From Desulfotalea psychrophila LSv54 (GTDB lineage: Bacteria; Desulfobacterota; Desulfobulbia; Desulfobulbales; Desulfocapsaceae): a stretch of 32,000 nucleotides of DNA. The translations under genes were made by a program, and so were the position numbers. The DNA lies in NCBI RefSeq assembly GCF_000025945.1, contig NC_006138.1, positions 270,001-302,000 of the forward strand, written 5' to 3'. How positions within the stretch are numbered: position 1 is the stretch's first letter; each line of letters starts with the position of its first letter. Below, in pieces: positions 17,604-25,986 of this stretch. A model generated the notes under the pieces. That model was not told where the DNA came from. It saw only the letters and a program-made list of their open reading frames with translations, and did no database searches.

Positions 17604-19846
17604 GCCTGACCTCCTCTGATACGCATACGATGACTCCAGGTATTATGGACAAGATAGCCCTCAGCCAGCCTCTCAAACTCCACCCAATAGGTGACCAGGG
17701 TGGGTCGATAGGAGGCGAGCAGATGACCTGTCTCACTGTGAACAAAGGCCTTGCCGCTCTCCTCGACCTGAAGCAGGACCTTTTGCATGTCCGATTTTAG
17801 AATTCGACGCTCCTCCATGATCCTCTCCGCCTCCTCGGTAAAGAAGACCTGCACCTGAGAAAAACGCTCCACCCTGCTGGTATCCTCCTCGGCCCAGAGA
17901 TCTTGCAAGAGCCCCTCCTTCAGATGGGCACGATTCTCTCGACGGGCAGAAAAGCCCGGAGAGGGACGTCCGGCAGGATCGCTCTCACTTGGAAAAATAA
18001 GGTCATAAAAGTGCATGGCCCGTTTACCATTTTTGACCAGCATATCACGGCACATGGCACAGTAGGTGACAAAATCCTCCTCCACCGCTGCCCCACGACG
18101 AACAGCCACAGCCTTTGCCAGATCAGGATTAGCATCGGAGAGGAGACCACCATAGCCACAACACTCGGTATGCTTGCCGGTCAGCCGAGGTTCCACCACC
18201 TCGATAGAGAGGTCCTGCAAGAGGGCACGCACATCTCCCTGCAGAAGGGGGTCATGCCGGGCTGAACAGGGATCGTTGATTGCCAGGGTAGCGGCCTCAA
18301 CCCTTGCCCCTGCGGGCAGGCCAAGGGCACGAAGAATGGTCCAGTGAGAAATTATCTCCGCCTCGGGGATACCAGCCCGTAGGGTAGTAAGACAGGTGGG
18401 GCAGGAGACAATAATTTGGGGAGAGCCGAGTTCCTGCCACTGCTCCCGAATCAGGGCCATGGACTCATCCATCAGGGCCTTACGTCCGGACCACTCGGCG
18501 GGTGCACCACAGCAGGAGAGCATAAGACCAACGCTACCCAAACGATCACGCAGATCCTGATAGGCCCGCTCCACCGCCCCAGGATTTGAAGCAGTCAGCT
18601 GACAGCCGGGAAAAAAAAGATACTCACTGCTCACCATGCCCGGGGCATGACGAACCAAGGCGCACTTCTTGCCATTGGCAAAGGCCATGTCGCGCAGGGC
18701 AAATTCATGGGCTGCCGGTGGCATCTTATTCTTTTCCACCATCCCCCGCCGGATAGTCAGACAAAAATCAGCCATGGAAAACTCTTCGGGACAGAGGGTA
18801 TCGCAGAGACCGCAGAGCATACAGGAGTTAACCATGGTATTGGCCTGACGAGTCCCCATAACAATGGCATCATTGTTATAGGCCTGACGGGCATAGACCT
18901 TGGGATAATATTTATAGTGTTTCAGATACTCACAGTTCTTAACGCACTCCATGCACTCGCACTGCAGACAGCGTTTGGCCTCGGCCCGAATCTCTTCATC
19001 GCTGTAACTTGCCTGAACAATAAGGGCGGGCACCGATTCAACATCCTCGACATTGGTATAGAGCCTTGTCTGATAGGGGCCCTCCAGCTCACGGCCTGCC
19101 ACCATGGAGACACCTTGGGTAAAGCGTACAATGGAGTTGGCGGCACGACGACCGGTGGCCGCCTGGAATATAGCCGAATCCTCAGCACAGGGAGAGGCAA
19201 AGAGACCCGGACGTAGGGTGCCCAAGGTCAGACTATCCGCTTCACCCCAAGAGGAAAGCTCCGAGGGCAGACTGTCTGAATCGACAAAGACGGCATCTGC
19301 CTCGGCAAGAAGGGCGTCGAGCAAAACCTGATCAATGCTGACATCGTGAAAACTCACCCCCAGACGGGCAAGATTTTTTATCTCAGCGGCGAGAACACCC
19401 TCGGGCAGGGAAAGAGCCAAAACCTTACCAGGCTCACCGTAGAGCCTTACCGCAAAACCTCTACGGGCCAATTCCCAGGCAGCGCAGAGACCGGTCAGTC
19501 CTGCCCCCACCACTGCCACCACCTTACCACGGGCGGGCAGAGGCCTGGGCGGATCAACAGCCCGGGCATTTTCAGCACAAAATTCCTCCAGGGAATCCAT
19601 GGCAATACTGCCACCCAAACCCTGACGAATACAATCATTTTTACAGGGACCATGACAGAGTCGTGCCAGGACACCCGGCAGGGGTAGGGTTTTGGCAAGC
19701 ACCGTCCAGGCCTTGTCCCAACGCCCCTGCCCCATCAAGGAGCAGAAACTACGCACATCCACATGAAGGGGGCAGGCTGCGGTACAACGAGGCACCTCTT
19801 CCTGCACACATTTTGCTTCCCATTCTCTGAGTTCACTCTGTTCCAT
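17600..19846 (-). CDS. fusion protein: GltD-like Fe-S/FAD segment, ferredoxin-like domain, two CCG domains, C-terminal dicluster-associated region
   Basis: 'RCTAACPLHVDVRSFCSLMGQGRWDKAW', 'GKVVAVVGAGLTGLCAAWELARRG', 'CLQCECMECVKNC', 'SCMLCGLCDTLCPE', CCG motifs 'SCCGAPAEWSG' and 'TECCGYGG'. Start ATG at 19846 with upstream GGGAGGGAG; the track start is 19897. Confidence 0.85.
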   Translation of the reverse strand: MEQSELREWEAKCVQEEVPRCTAACPLHVDVRSFCSLMGQGRWDKAWTVLAKTLPLPGVLARLCHGPCKNDCIRQGLGGSIAMDSLEEFCAENARAVDPPRPLPARGKVVAVVGAGLTGLCAAWELARRGFAVRLYGEPGKVLALSLPEGVLAAEIKNLARLGVSFHDVSIDQVLLDALLAEADAVFVDSDSLPSELSSWGEADSLTLGTLRPGLFASPCAEDSAIFQAATGRRAANSIVRFTQGVSMVAGRELEGPYQTRLYTNVEDVESVPALIVQASYSDEEIRAEAKRCLQCECMECVKNCEYLKHYKYYPKVYARQAYNNDAIVMGTRQANTMVNSCMLCGLCDTLCPEEFSMADFCLTIRRGMVEKNKMPPAAHEFALRDMAFANGKKCALVRHAPGMVSSEYLFFPGCQLTASNPGAVERAYQDLRDRLGSVGLMLSCCGAPAEWSGRKALMDESMALIREQWQELGSPQIIVSCPTCLTTLRAGIPEAEIISHWTILRALGLPAGARVEAATLAINDPCSARHDPLLQGDVRALLQDLSIEVVEPRLTGKHTECCGYGGLLSDANPDLAKAVAVRRGAAVEEDFVTYCAMCRDMLVKNGKRAMHFYDLIFPSESDPAGRPSPGFSARRENRAHLKEGLLQDLWAEEDTSRVERFSQVQVFFTEEAERIMEERRILKSDMQKVLLQVEESGKAFVHSETGHLLASYRPTLVTYWVEFERLAEGYLVHNTWSHRMRIRGGQA

Positions 19847-19868
19847 AGTCTCCCTCCCACAAATAAGT

Positions 19869-19909
19869 ACAGGTAGTGACCTGTGCCAAATGCACAAACC
19901 ACTACCTGT
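19869..19909. repeat. strong imperfect inverted repeat between mop and the CCG fusion gene
   Basis: Outer 10-bp arms ACAGGTAGTG / CACTACCTGT, 3x3 internal loop, inner 5-bp TGTGC / GCACA, 5-nt loop. Confidence 0.75.
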
Positions 19910-20003
19910 CTTTTAACACCAGCTGAGGACCTCTCATAAACCTCTGAAAAGCCCTCAAATAGGGAAGCAGCAAATTAATTATCTACCTCCCTCTGCCTAT
20001 AAT

Positions 20004-22724
20004 CTACTTAGCCTGCAGACCTGCAAGAATCTTCTCAGGCAGGGCAGGAAGCTTAGTAATACGTACGCCACAGGCATTGTAGATACCATTAATAATGGCC
20101 GCATGAGGCGCAGTAAGTGGCAGCTCGCCACAACCAGATGCGCCAAATGGACCCTCGGGACGGGCAGTCTCGATATACTCAACTTCAATATCATCAGGGA
20201 TGTCCTTGATGTATGGAAAGCCAGCACCTTTCATGGTGGAGTGCTTCTTGATATCTTCGTAGTCCTCGGTGAGGGCCAGGCCAATACCCTGGGCAAGTCC
20301 ACCGTACATCTGACCATCAACGATCAATCTATTGTTGATCTTACCTACATCGGCAATCAAAGTCATCTTCTCAGCGGAAGCTTTACCGGTTTTCATATCC
20401 ACTGCCATCTCGGCAAGGAACATACCGTACATATAACAGGCAAAAGGATTACCCTGACCATTGGCATCACACTCGGTGGCAGGAGCGGTCCACTTGCCAT
20501 TATAACGAACAGGTTTTTCTGCCTCAACCATCTCGGCATAGGTCGAGAAGGTGTCCGCAGTTTTGCGCATAGCTTCAACAAGGGCATCACAACCTGCCTT
20601 AATAGCGCGACCAATAATAACCTGAGAACGGCTACCACCAGCAGGGCCACCATTGCCACAGGTACTGGTATCGTTCATAACCAGTTTAATCTGATCAGGG
20701 GTGAGACCAAGAGGACGAAGTGCCTCGTGAGCCGTACCCAAAACGCCCATATCAGCGCCCTGACCATGGTCATGCCAACAGGCAAAAACGGTTACGGTAC
20801 CATTTTCATTGAGCTCAACGTCGATTTCAGCGGTATCAGGGCCGTCAAGACCGGAACCATAAATACCGAGGGAGATACCAACACCGCGCTTGATCTCGTC
20901 GGTGGAGTTAGCAGCAACACGTTTCTTAGCTGCCTCATATTTTGGTCGCATGGTATCAAAGATCTCAGGAAGTGAATACACCTCAGGTTCCTGACCAGTT
21001 GGGGTAGTAGAACCCTTGCGATAGATATTCTTATAACGAAGATCAAAGGGGTCCATACCGATCTTCTCAGCAAGCTCATCCATCAATACCTCAGATGGAA
21101 ACTCTGTTTCAGGGGCGCCATAACCACGGAAGGCAGAGCCCCAGGCATGGTTGGTGGCAACACAACGACCATCACCGCGAATATTAGCAATATCGTAACC
21201 TGCACCAATGTACTGGGCACCACGGAGGGTGAGCAGATCACCGAACTCAGAGTAAGGACCATGATCAACAGTCCAATCAGTCTCCATTCCGAGAAGTTTA
21301 CCATCGTTATCGGCAGCCATACGCACGTTGGTGAAAAATGGAGAACGCTTACCGGTATAGGTTTGCTGTTGTTTCCAGGTGTAGTTCAAGAAAACAGCCT
21401 TGCCAGTGGCAAGACAGGCGGCACCAACCAGGGCTTCCATGGTTGGGGAGAACTTGTAACCAAAGGTACCCCCGGTGGCATTCTGAACCATAACGATGTT
21501 CTCAGGCTCAACACCAAGACCTGGAGCGATCATATAGAGATGGAGATGGAGACCAATGGATTTAGTGTGAATACAGAGTTTTCCCTCATCGTTCATAAAG
21601 GCAAAACCAACATCCGGCTCAAGAGGCATATGTGGTTGACGACCAACATAAAAATCATCCTCAACAACATGAGCTGCTGCCTCAAAGATAGGAGCAGTCT
21701 CGGCACCCTTGGCAACGTGTTGCTCAAAGTAGATATTAGGAGTTCCAGGATGAATCTCGATGGCATCATCTGCCATGGCAGCAGGAGCACTCATGTACTC
21801 AGGCAGACGTTCGAGCTCAACCTTAACCTTGGCAGCAGCAGCCTTGGCATGTTTATCGGTATCGGCACAGACGATGGCAATGGCATCACCGTACTGAAAG
21901 ACCTTCTCATCACAGAGGATAGGACGATCCCAACCATCACCCTTATTGGTGGGGAAGGTGATCAGGCCGGTAATACGGTTCTTACCTTTAACGTCCTTAT
22001 GGGTAACAATCTTCTCAACACCGGGCATTTTCTCTGCTTCGCTGGTGTCGATGGAGAGAATCTTAGCATGGGAAACCTCGGCTTGAACCAGGGCAAGTTG
22101 CAGGGTTCCAGCAGGCATCTTCAGGCCAAGGTCAGCACCAAAATCGAGGGTACCGGTTACCTTAGAGACTGAACTTGGACGTGGATATCTGGTGCCCCAG
22201 ATGCGACCATCCTCAGGAATCTTAAAGTACAGATCATTAATATCCTTATCACCACGCATAACCGCGGCAGCATCGCGAACGGCATCAACGAGTTGCTTGT
22301 AGCCTGTACAGCGACATGCATTGCGGTTTTTTTGGAACCAGTCACGAACATCATCACGGCTAGGGTTAGGATTGGATTCAATCAAGGCATAGGTAGAAAC
22401 GATGAATCCAGGTGTACAGAAACCACACTGGGCGCCACTATGGGCAATCCAGGCAACTTGAATAGGGTGGAGGTGATTTGGAGTTCCAATTCCCTCTACG
22501 GTGGTAATTACTGCATCGTTTTGCATTCGTTTCATCTTCATGGTACAAGATCGAACCAACTTGCCATCAAGAATAATAGTACAGGTACCACATTGGCCAG
22601 TACCACAACCAATTTTCACACTGGTAAGGCCCAGATTATCACGCAGTACATTGGCCAGAGATTCGTCCTTATCACAGACCACAGACTTGGCGATACCGTT
22701 AACCTGGAGATTAAGCTTAATCAT
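20004..22724 (-). CDS. mop: molybdenum hydroxylase, Desulfovibrio Mop-type aldehyde oxidoreductase (2x[2Fe-2S] plus Moco, no FAD domain)
   Basis: 'GCGTGQCGTCTIILDGKLVRSC', 'GAQCGFCTPGFIVSTYAL', 'NRNACRCTGYKQLVDAV', Moco-domain 'QNATGGTFGYKFSP', 'GSAFRGYGAPE', 'GGPAGGSRSQVI', 'PEGPFGASGCGELPL'. ATG at 22724 with AGGAGGA about 8 nt upstream gives 906 aa; the track start is 22775. Confidence 0.95.
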   Translation of the reverse strand: MIKLNLQVNGIAKSVVCDKDESLANVLRDNLGLTSVKIGCGTGQCGTCTIILDGKLVRSCTMKMKRMQNDAVITTVEGIGTPNHLHPIQVAWIAHSGAQCGFCTPGFIVSTYALIESNPNPSRDDVRDWFQKNRNACRCTGYKQLVDAVRDAAAVMRGDKDINDLYFKIPEDGRIWGTRYPRPSSVSKVTGTLDFGADLGLKMPAGTLQLALVQAEVSHAKILSIDTSEAEKMPGVEKIVTHKDVKGKNRITGLITFPTNKGDGWDRPILCDEKVFQYGDAIAIVCADTDKHAKAAAAKVKVELERLPEYMSAPAAMADDAIEIHPGTPNIYFEQHVAKGAETAPIFEAAAHVVEDDFYVGRQPHMPLEPDVGFAFMNDEGKLCIHTKSIGLHLHLYMIAPGLGVEPENIVMVQNATGGTFGYKFSPTMEALVGAACLATGKAVFLNYTWKQQQTYTGKRSPFFTNVRMAADNDGKLLGMETDWTVDHGPYSEFGDLLTLRGAQYIGAGYDIANIRGDGRCVATNHAWGSAFRGYGAPETEFPSEVLMDELAEKIGMDPFDLRYKNIYRKGSTTPTGQEPEVYSLPEIFDTMRPKYEAAKKRVAANSTDEIKRGVGISLGIYGSGLDGPDTAEIDVELNENGTVTVFACWHDHGQGADMGVLGTAHEALRPLGLTPDQIKLVMNDTSTCGNGGPAGGSRSQVIIGRAIKAGCDALVEAMRKTADTFSTYAEMVEAEKPVRYNGKWTAPATECDANGQGNPFACYMYGMFLAEMAVDMKTGKASAEKMTLIADVGKINNRLIVDGQMYGGLAQGIGLALTEDYEDIKKHSTMKGAGFPYIKDIPDDIEVEYIETARPEGPFGASGCGELPLTAPHAAIINGIYNACGVRITKLPALPEKILAGLQAK

Positions 22725-22761
22725 GAATTGTATTCCTCCTAAGTGTTTCATTGCCTTGCAT

Positions 22762-22790
22762 GTTACGACCATCAAGATGAGGCACGTAAC
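22762..22790. repeat. nested inverted repeat in the moeA-like/mop intergenic gap
   Basis: GTTACG (22762-22767) / CGTAAC (22785-22790) enclosing CATC/GATG. Confidence 0.4.
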
Positions 22791-22799
22791 TCAAAAATA

Positions 22800-23816
22800 C
22801 TACTTTCCAAAGGGGCAGGTGGGATAATGGCACACTTCACATGTTGCACAAAAACCACCATGTCCCATGGCTACAATATCTTCACGGGTAACCTCAACCC
22901 CTGCCAGCAGACGGGGCACAACCAGATCAAAAATACTGGCCCGATAGTACATAACGCAGCCTGGGAGTCCCAGAATCGGGATACCGTCCCTGACTGCGAG
23001 CATAAACATCACGCCAGGAAAAGTGGGAGAACCATATGTAATAACCTCGGCCCCGGTGGCTCGGATTGCGGTGGGGGTCTGGTCGTCGGGATCAACGGAC
23101 ATACCGCCTGTCACCACCACCATTTCAGCGCCTTCAGCAATGGCATCTAAAATCTCATCACGGGTCATGATGGGATCATCTGAGCTGAACCGTTGCTCCA
23201 TAACCGTGGAACCGAGTTTTGCAAATTTTTCACGAATAACAGGGCCGAACTTATCCTGAATACGACCGTGATAGACCTCGCTGCCCGTGGTTACCACACC
23301 AACTTTATGGTGGATAAAGGGACGGATGCCGACCACGTAGGGATATTCAGCACATATTGCCTCCACACGCTCAATCTTCTCCTCATCTATAACAAGGGGA
23401 ACAACCCTGGTGCCGGCAACGGCTCGGGCTTCGGTCACCTGCTGGCCACTGTGCATGGTGGCAAGCACGACCTCCTCAATGGAGTTAATACGATTGAGGG
23501 CTTCAACATTGATATCAAGCAGACCGGGACTGGCCTCAAAGTTCACTCGACCTTCGCTGACGTCGGAAAGGGTAATACCGGGACCAAAGGCTGCCTTGGC
23601 GATACGCTCGGCTGCCTCGTTTTCATGAATGCGGCCTTTTTCCATATCCAATACAAAAATATGTTCTTTGCCAATTTCAAGCAGGGTGGGAATATCTTCT
23701 TCAGTTACAACATGACCCTTCTTAAAGGCAGGTCCCTTGCACTCTCCGGGAACAATTCTGGTCATATCATGGCATAGAACCATGCCAATAGCTTCTTGCA
23801 CAGGAACAGTATTCAT
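22800..23816 (-). CDS. MoeA-like molybdopterin-binding protein with C-terminal Cys-rich tail
   Basis: MPT-binding core 'VGVVTTGSEVYHGRIQDKFGPVIREKFAKLG', 'EMVVVTGGMSVDPDDQTPTAIRATGA', 'ILGLPGCVMYYRASIFDLVVPRLLAG'; tail 'GFCATCEVCHYPTCPFGK'. ATG at 23816; the track start is 23912. Confidence 0.88.
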   Translation of the reverse strand: MNTVPVQEAIGMVLCHDMTRIVPGECKGPAFKKGHVVTEEDIPTLLEIGKEHIFVLDMEKGRIHENEAAERIAKAAFGPGITLSDVSEGRVNFEASPGLLDINVEALNRINSIEEVVLATMHSGQQVTEARAVAGTRVVPLVIDEEKIERVEAICAEYPYVVGIRPFIHHKVGVVTTGSEVYHGRIQDKFGPVIREKFAKLGSTVMEQRFSSDDPIMTRDEILDAIAEGAEMVVVTGGMSVDPDDQTPTAIRATGAEVITYGSPTFPGVMFMLAVRDGIPILGLPGCVMYYRASIFDLVVPRLLAGVEVTREDIVAMGHGGFCATCEVCHYPTCPFGK

Positions 23817-24331
23817 AGGTAATATCTCTCCATCTTCTATCCAACCATCAACGACAATTCTGTACCCGACAAATCTGACATACAAATGCAGTGAAAAAAG
23901 CACAGAGTTCAATACATTTTACCTGTAAAAATGCAGTAAAAAATTCGCCTGCTAAAAAAGCAAGATTCATTCTTATTTTGTCGAGGTAAAAAGGCATCAG
24001 ATTTGACTAGTGGCATGCTCTACAGCAAGAAACAGGCAAAGTATTACTAATATATGCCTTACTTAACTGGCAATAAAAAGCCTGGAGGCAACGACCTGCC
24101 AAGAGGCGAAAGCCCAGACAAAACCGAATATACGCCATTACTCTTAGCAGAGGCATCCGACCCTGTCAACCACAACCATAAATTTACCCACGCAACTCCT
24201 TTATTTTCATATCTTATCGAGATTACAGCTTTTTAATCTCGGACAACTAACCAAAAATAACCATGGATAACAAACCTTACCCCTCGACTGACAAAAACAA
24301 GCTCAAAGCCAAATATGATGTTAGGAAATGA

Positions 24332-24442
24332 CCTTTCGCCTGGCAGGCAATAGCACCTGCTCCTGCCAAGCAAACAGGCACTACCTGACCGTTCGTAAAT
24401 TAAAGCTCCTGAAGAATTTCTGGGCAGGTAAAAGACGAAAGG
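24332..24442 (+). other. candidate multi-stem structured element (RNA or DNA)
   Basis: Closing CCTTTCG (24332-24338) / CGAAAGG (24436-24442), internal TGGCAGG (24341-24347) / CCTGCCA (24362-24368) with apical AGC/GCT, and CAGG/CCTG near 24375-24387. No known family assigned. Confidence 0.35.
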
Positions 24443-24450
24443 ATAATCAC

Positions 24451-24479
24451 TTGACCCTCCATTTTTTTTAAGATAGAGT
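24451..24479 (+). promoter_or_regulatory. candidate sigma70-type promoter of the COG2509 gene
   Basis: TTGACC, 17-nt spacer including a T-tract, TAGAGT; located about 110-140 nt upstream of the ATG. Confidence 0.45.
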
Positions 24480-24591
24480 TATGGGTTGCCCTTTTGCATG
24501 CCATACCCGCGCTACGGGCAGAGGTGCCCAAGGATACCAATCAAAGAACATTCTCCTTGGCACAACGACAAAAATTCTCTGGAGTGAAAAA

Positions 24592-25986
24592 ATGACAGCT
24601 GAAAACAGATATGACGTGATTATTGTTGGCGGAGGCCCTGCCGGCCTTTTTGCCGCCTACTATCTGGGTGAGCACTCAGACCTCAAGGTGCTTGTTATTG
24701 AAAAGGGACGACGTTCTCTGCAACGAAAATGCCCCATAGCAGGGGACAGGGCATGTATCCAGTGCAAGCCATGCAATATTCTCTGTGGAGTAGGTGGGGC
24801 GGGACTTTTTTCCGACGGGAAGCTCAATTTCATCCCCCGCCTAGGTAAAACCGACCTCAGCCAGTTTATGCCCATGAGCGAAGCGACAAAGCTCATCGAT
24901 GAGACCGAGGAGATCTTTAATCGCTTTAATATGGACGGAAAGGTTTATCCCACCGATATGAACAGCGCAAAAGAGATACGTAAAGAGGCCAAAAAACATG
25001 GCATTGACCTCCTGATAATCAAACAAAAGCACCTTGGTTCCGACCGACTCCCCACCCATATCAACGGACTGGCCGAATATACGGAGAGCAAGGGGGTTAC
25101 CTTTCAGACCTCTGAAACCGTAACCGACATCACCACCCAAGATGGCCGAGTAACCGGCGTTGTGAGCAATAAGGGAGAGTACCAGGCAGACAATGTTATT
25201 CTTGCCCCCGGTCGAGTTGGGGCAGAGTGGGTGGCATCGGTGGTAAAAAAACACGGCATCAAGGTGTCACAACGTGGCATTGAGGTGGGTGTGCGGGTAG
25301 AGGTTGCCAACGAGGTCATGCAGGATCTCTGTGAGGTCATCTATGATCCAACCTTTTTTATTCAAACCAATAAATATGACGACCAGACCCGCACCTTCTG
25401 CACTAACTACGGTGGTTTCGTCGCTCTCGAAAATTACCAGGACTTCGTCTGCGTCAACGGCCATGCCTATATGGATAAAAAGTCCAACAACACCAACTTC
25501 TCCTTTCTCTCCAAGGTAGTATTAAACGATCCGGTGGAAGACAATACCGCCTACGGAGAATCCATTGGCCGCCTCGCCACCATCATCGGTGGCGGCAAGC
25601 CCATTCTACAGCGTTTTGGCGACCTCAGACGAGGACGTAGATCCACCTGGAACAGAATTAAGCACAGCTCAATCGACCCCACCTTCAAGGATGTCACCTG
25701 TGGCGATATCGCCATGGCCCTGCCCGAAAGGATTGTCACCAATCTGGTGGACGGCCTGGAACAGCTGAACAATATTGTCCCCGGAGTGGCCAACGACGAG
25801 ACCCTGCTCTACGCCCCGGAAATAAAGTTTTTTGCAACCCAGGTGGACACCGACAACTCACTTGAGACTGCCATTAAGGGTCTCTATGTGGCAGGCGATG
25901 GCCCCGGAGTGGCAGGCAATATTGTCTCTGCAGCAGCGACGGCCCTCATCCCGGCTAAGAAGATTATCAAGGCCCAAACCAAATAG
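24592..25986 (+). CDS. COG2509-type FAD-dependent dehydrogenase
   Basis: 'YDVIIVGGGPAGLFAAYYL', 'RCPIAGDRACIQCKPCNILCGVGGAGLFSDGKLNF', 'GLYVAGDGPGVAGNIVSAAATA'. ATG at 24592 with GGAGTG upstream; the track start is 24481. Confidence 0.85.
   Translation: MTAENRYDVIIVGGGPAGLFAAYYLGEHSDLKVLVIEKGRRSLQRKCPIAGDRACIQCKPCNILCGVGGAGLFSDGKLNFIPRLGKTDLSQFMPMSEATKLIDETEEIFNRFNMDGKVYPTDMNSAKEIRKEAKKHGIDLLIIKQKHLGSDRLPTHINGLAEYTESKGVTFQTSETVTDITTQDGRVTGVVSNKGEYQADNVILAPGRVGAEWVASVVKKHGIKVSQRGIEVGVRVEVANEVMQDLCEVIYDPTFFIQTNKYDDQTRTFCTNYGGFVALENYQDFVCVNGHAYMDKKSNNTNFSFLSKVVLNDPVEDNTAYGESIGRLATIIGGGKPILQRFGDLRRGRRSTWNRIKHSSIDPTFKDVTCGDIAMALPERIVTNLVDGLEQLNNIVPGVANDETLLYAPEIKFFATQVDTDNSLETAIKGLYVAGDGPGVAGNIVSAAATALIPAKKIIKAQTK

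Noticed and set aside
20103-22172. plus-strand ORFs of 290 and 341 aa (20103-20975; 21147-22172)
   Set aside because: Antisense to mop, whose [2Fe-2S] and Moco motifs run through the region.
23193-23777. 194-aa plus-strand ORF
   Set aside because: Antisense to the MoeA-like gene.
24054-24236. 60-aa plus-strand ORF
   Set aside because: Composition and lack of a clear ribosome-binding site make it unconvincing; the segment looks more like structured noncoding sequence.
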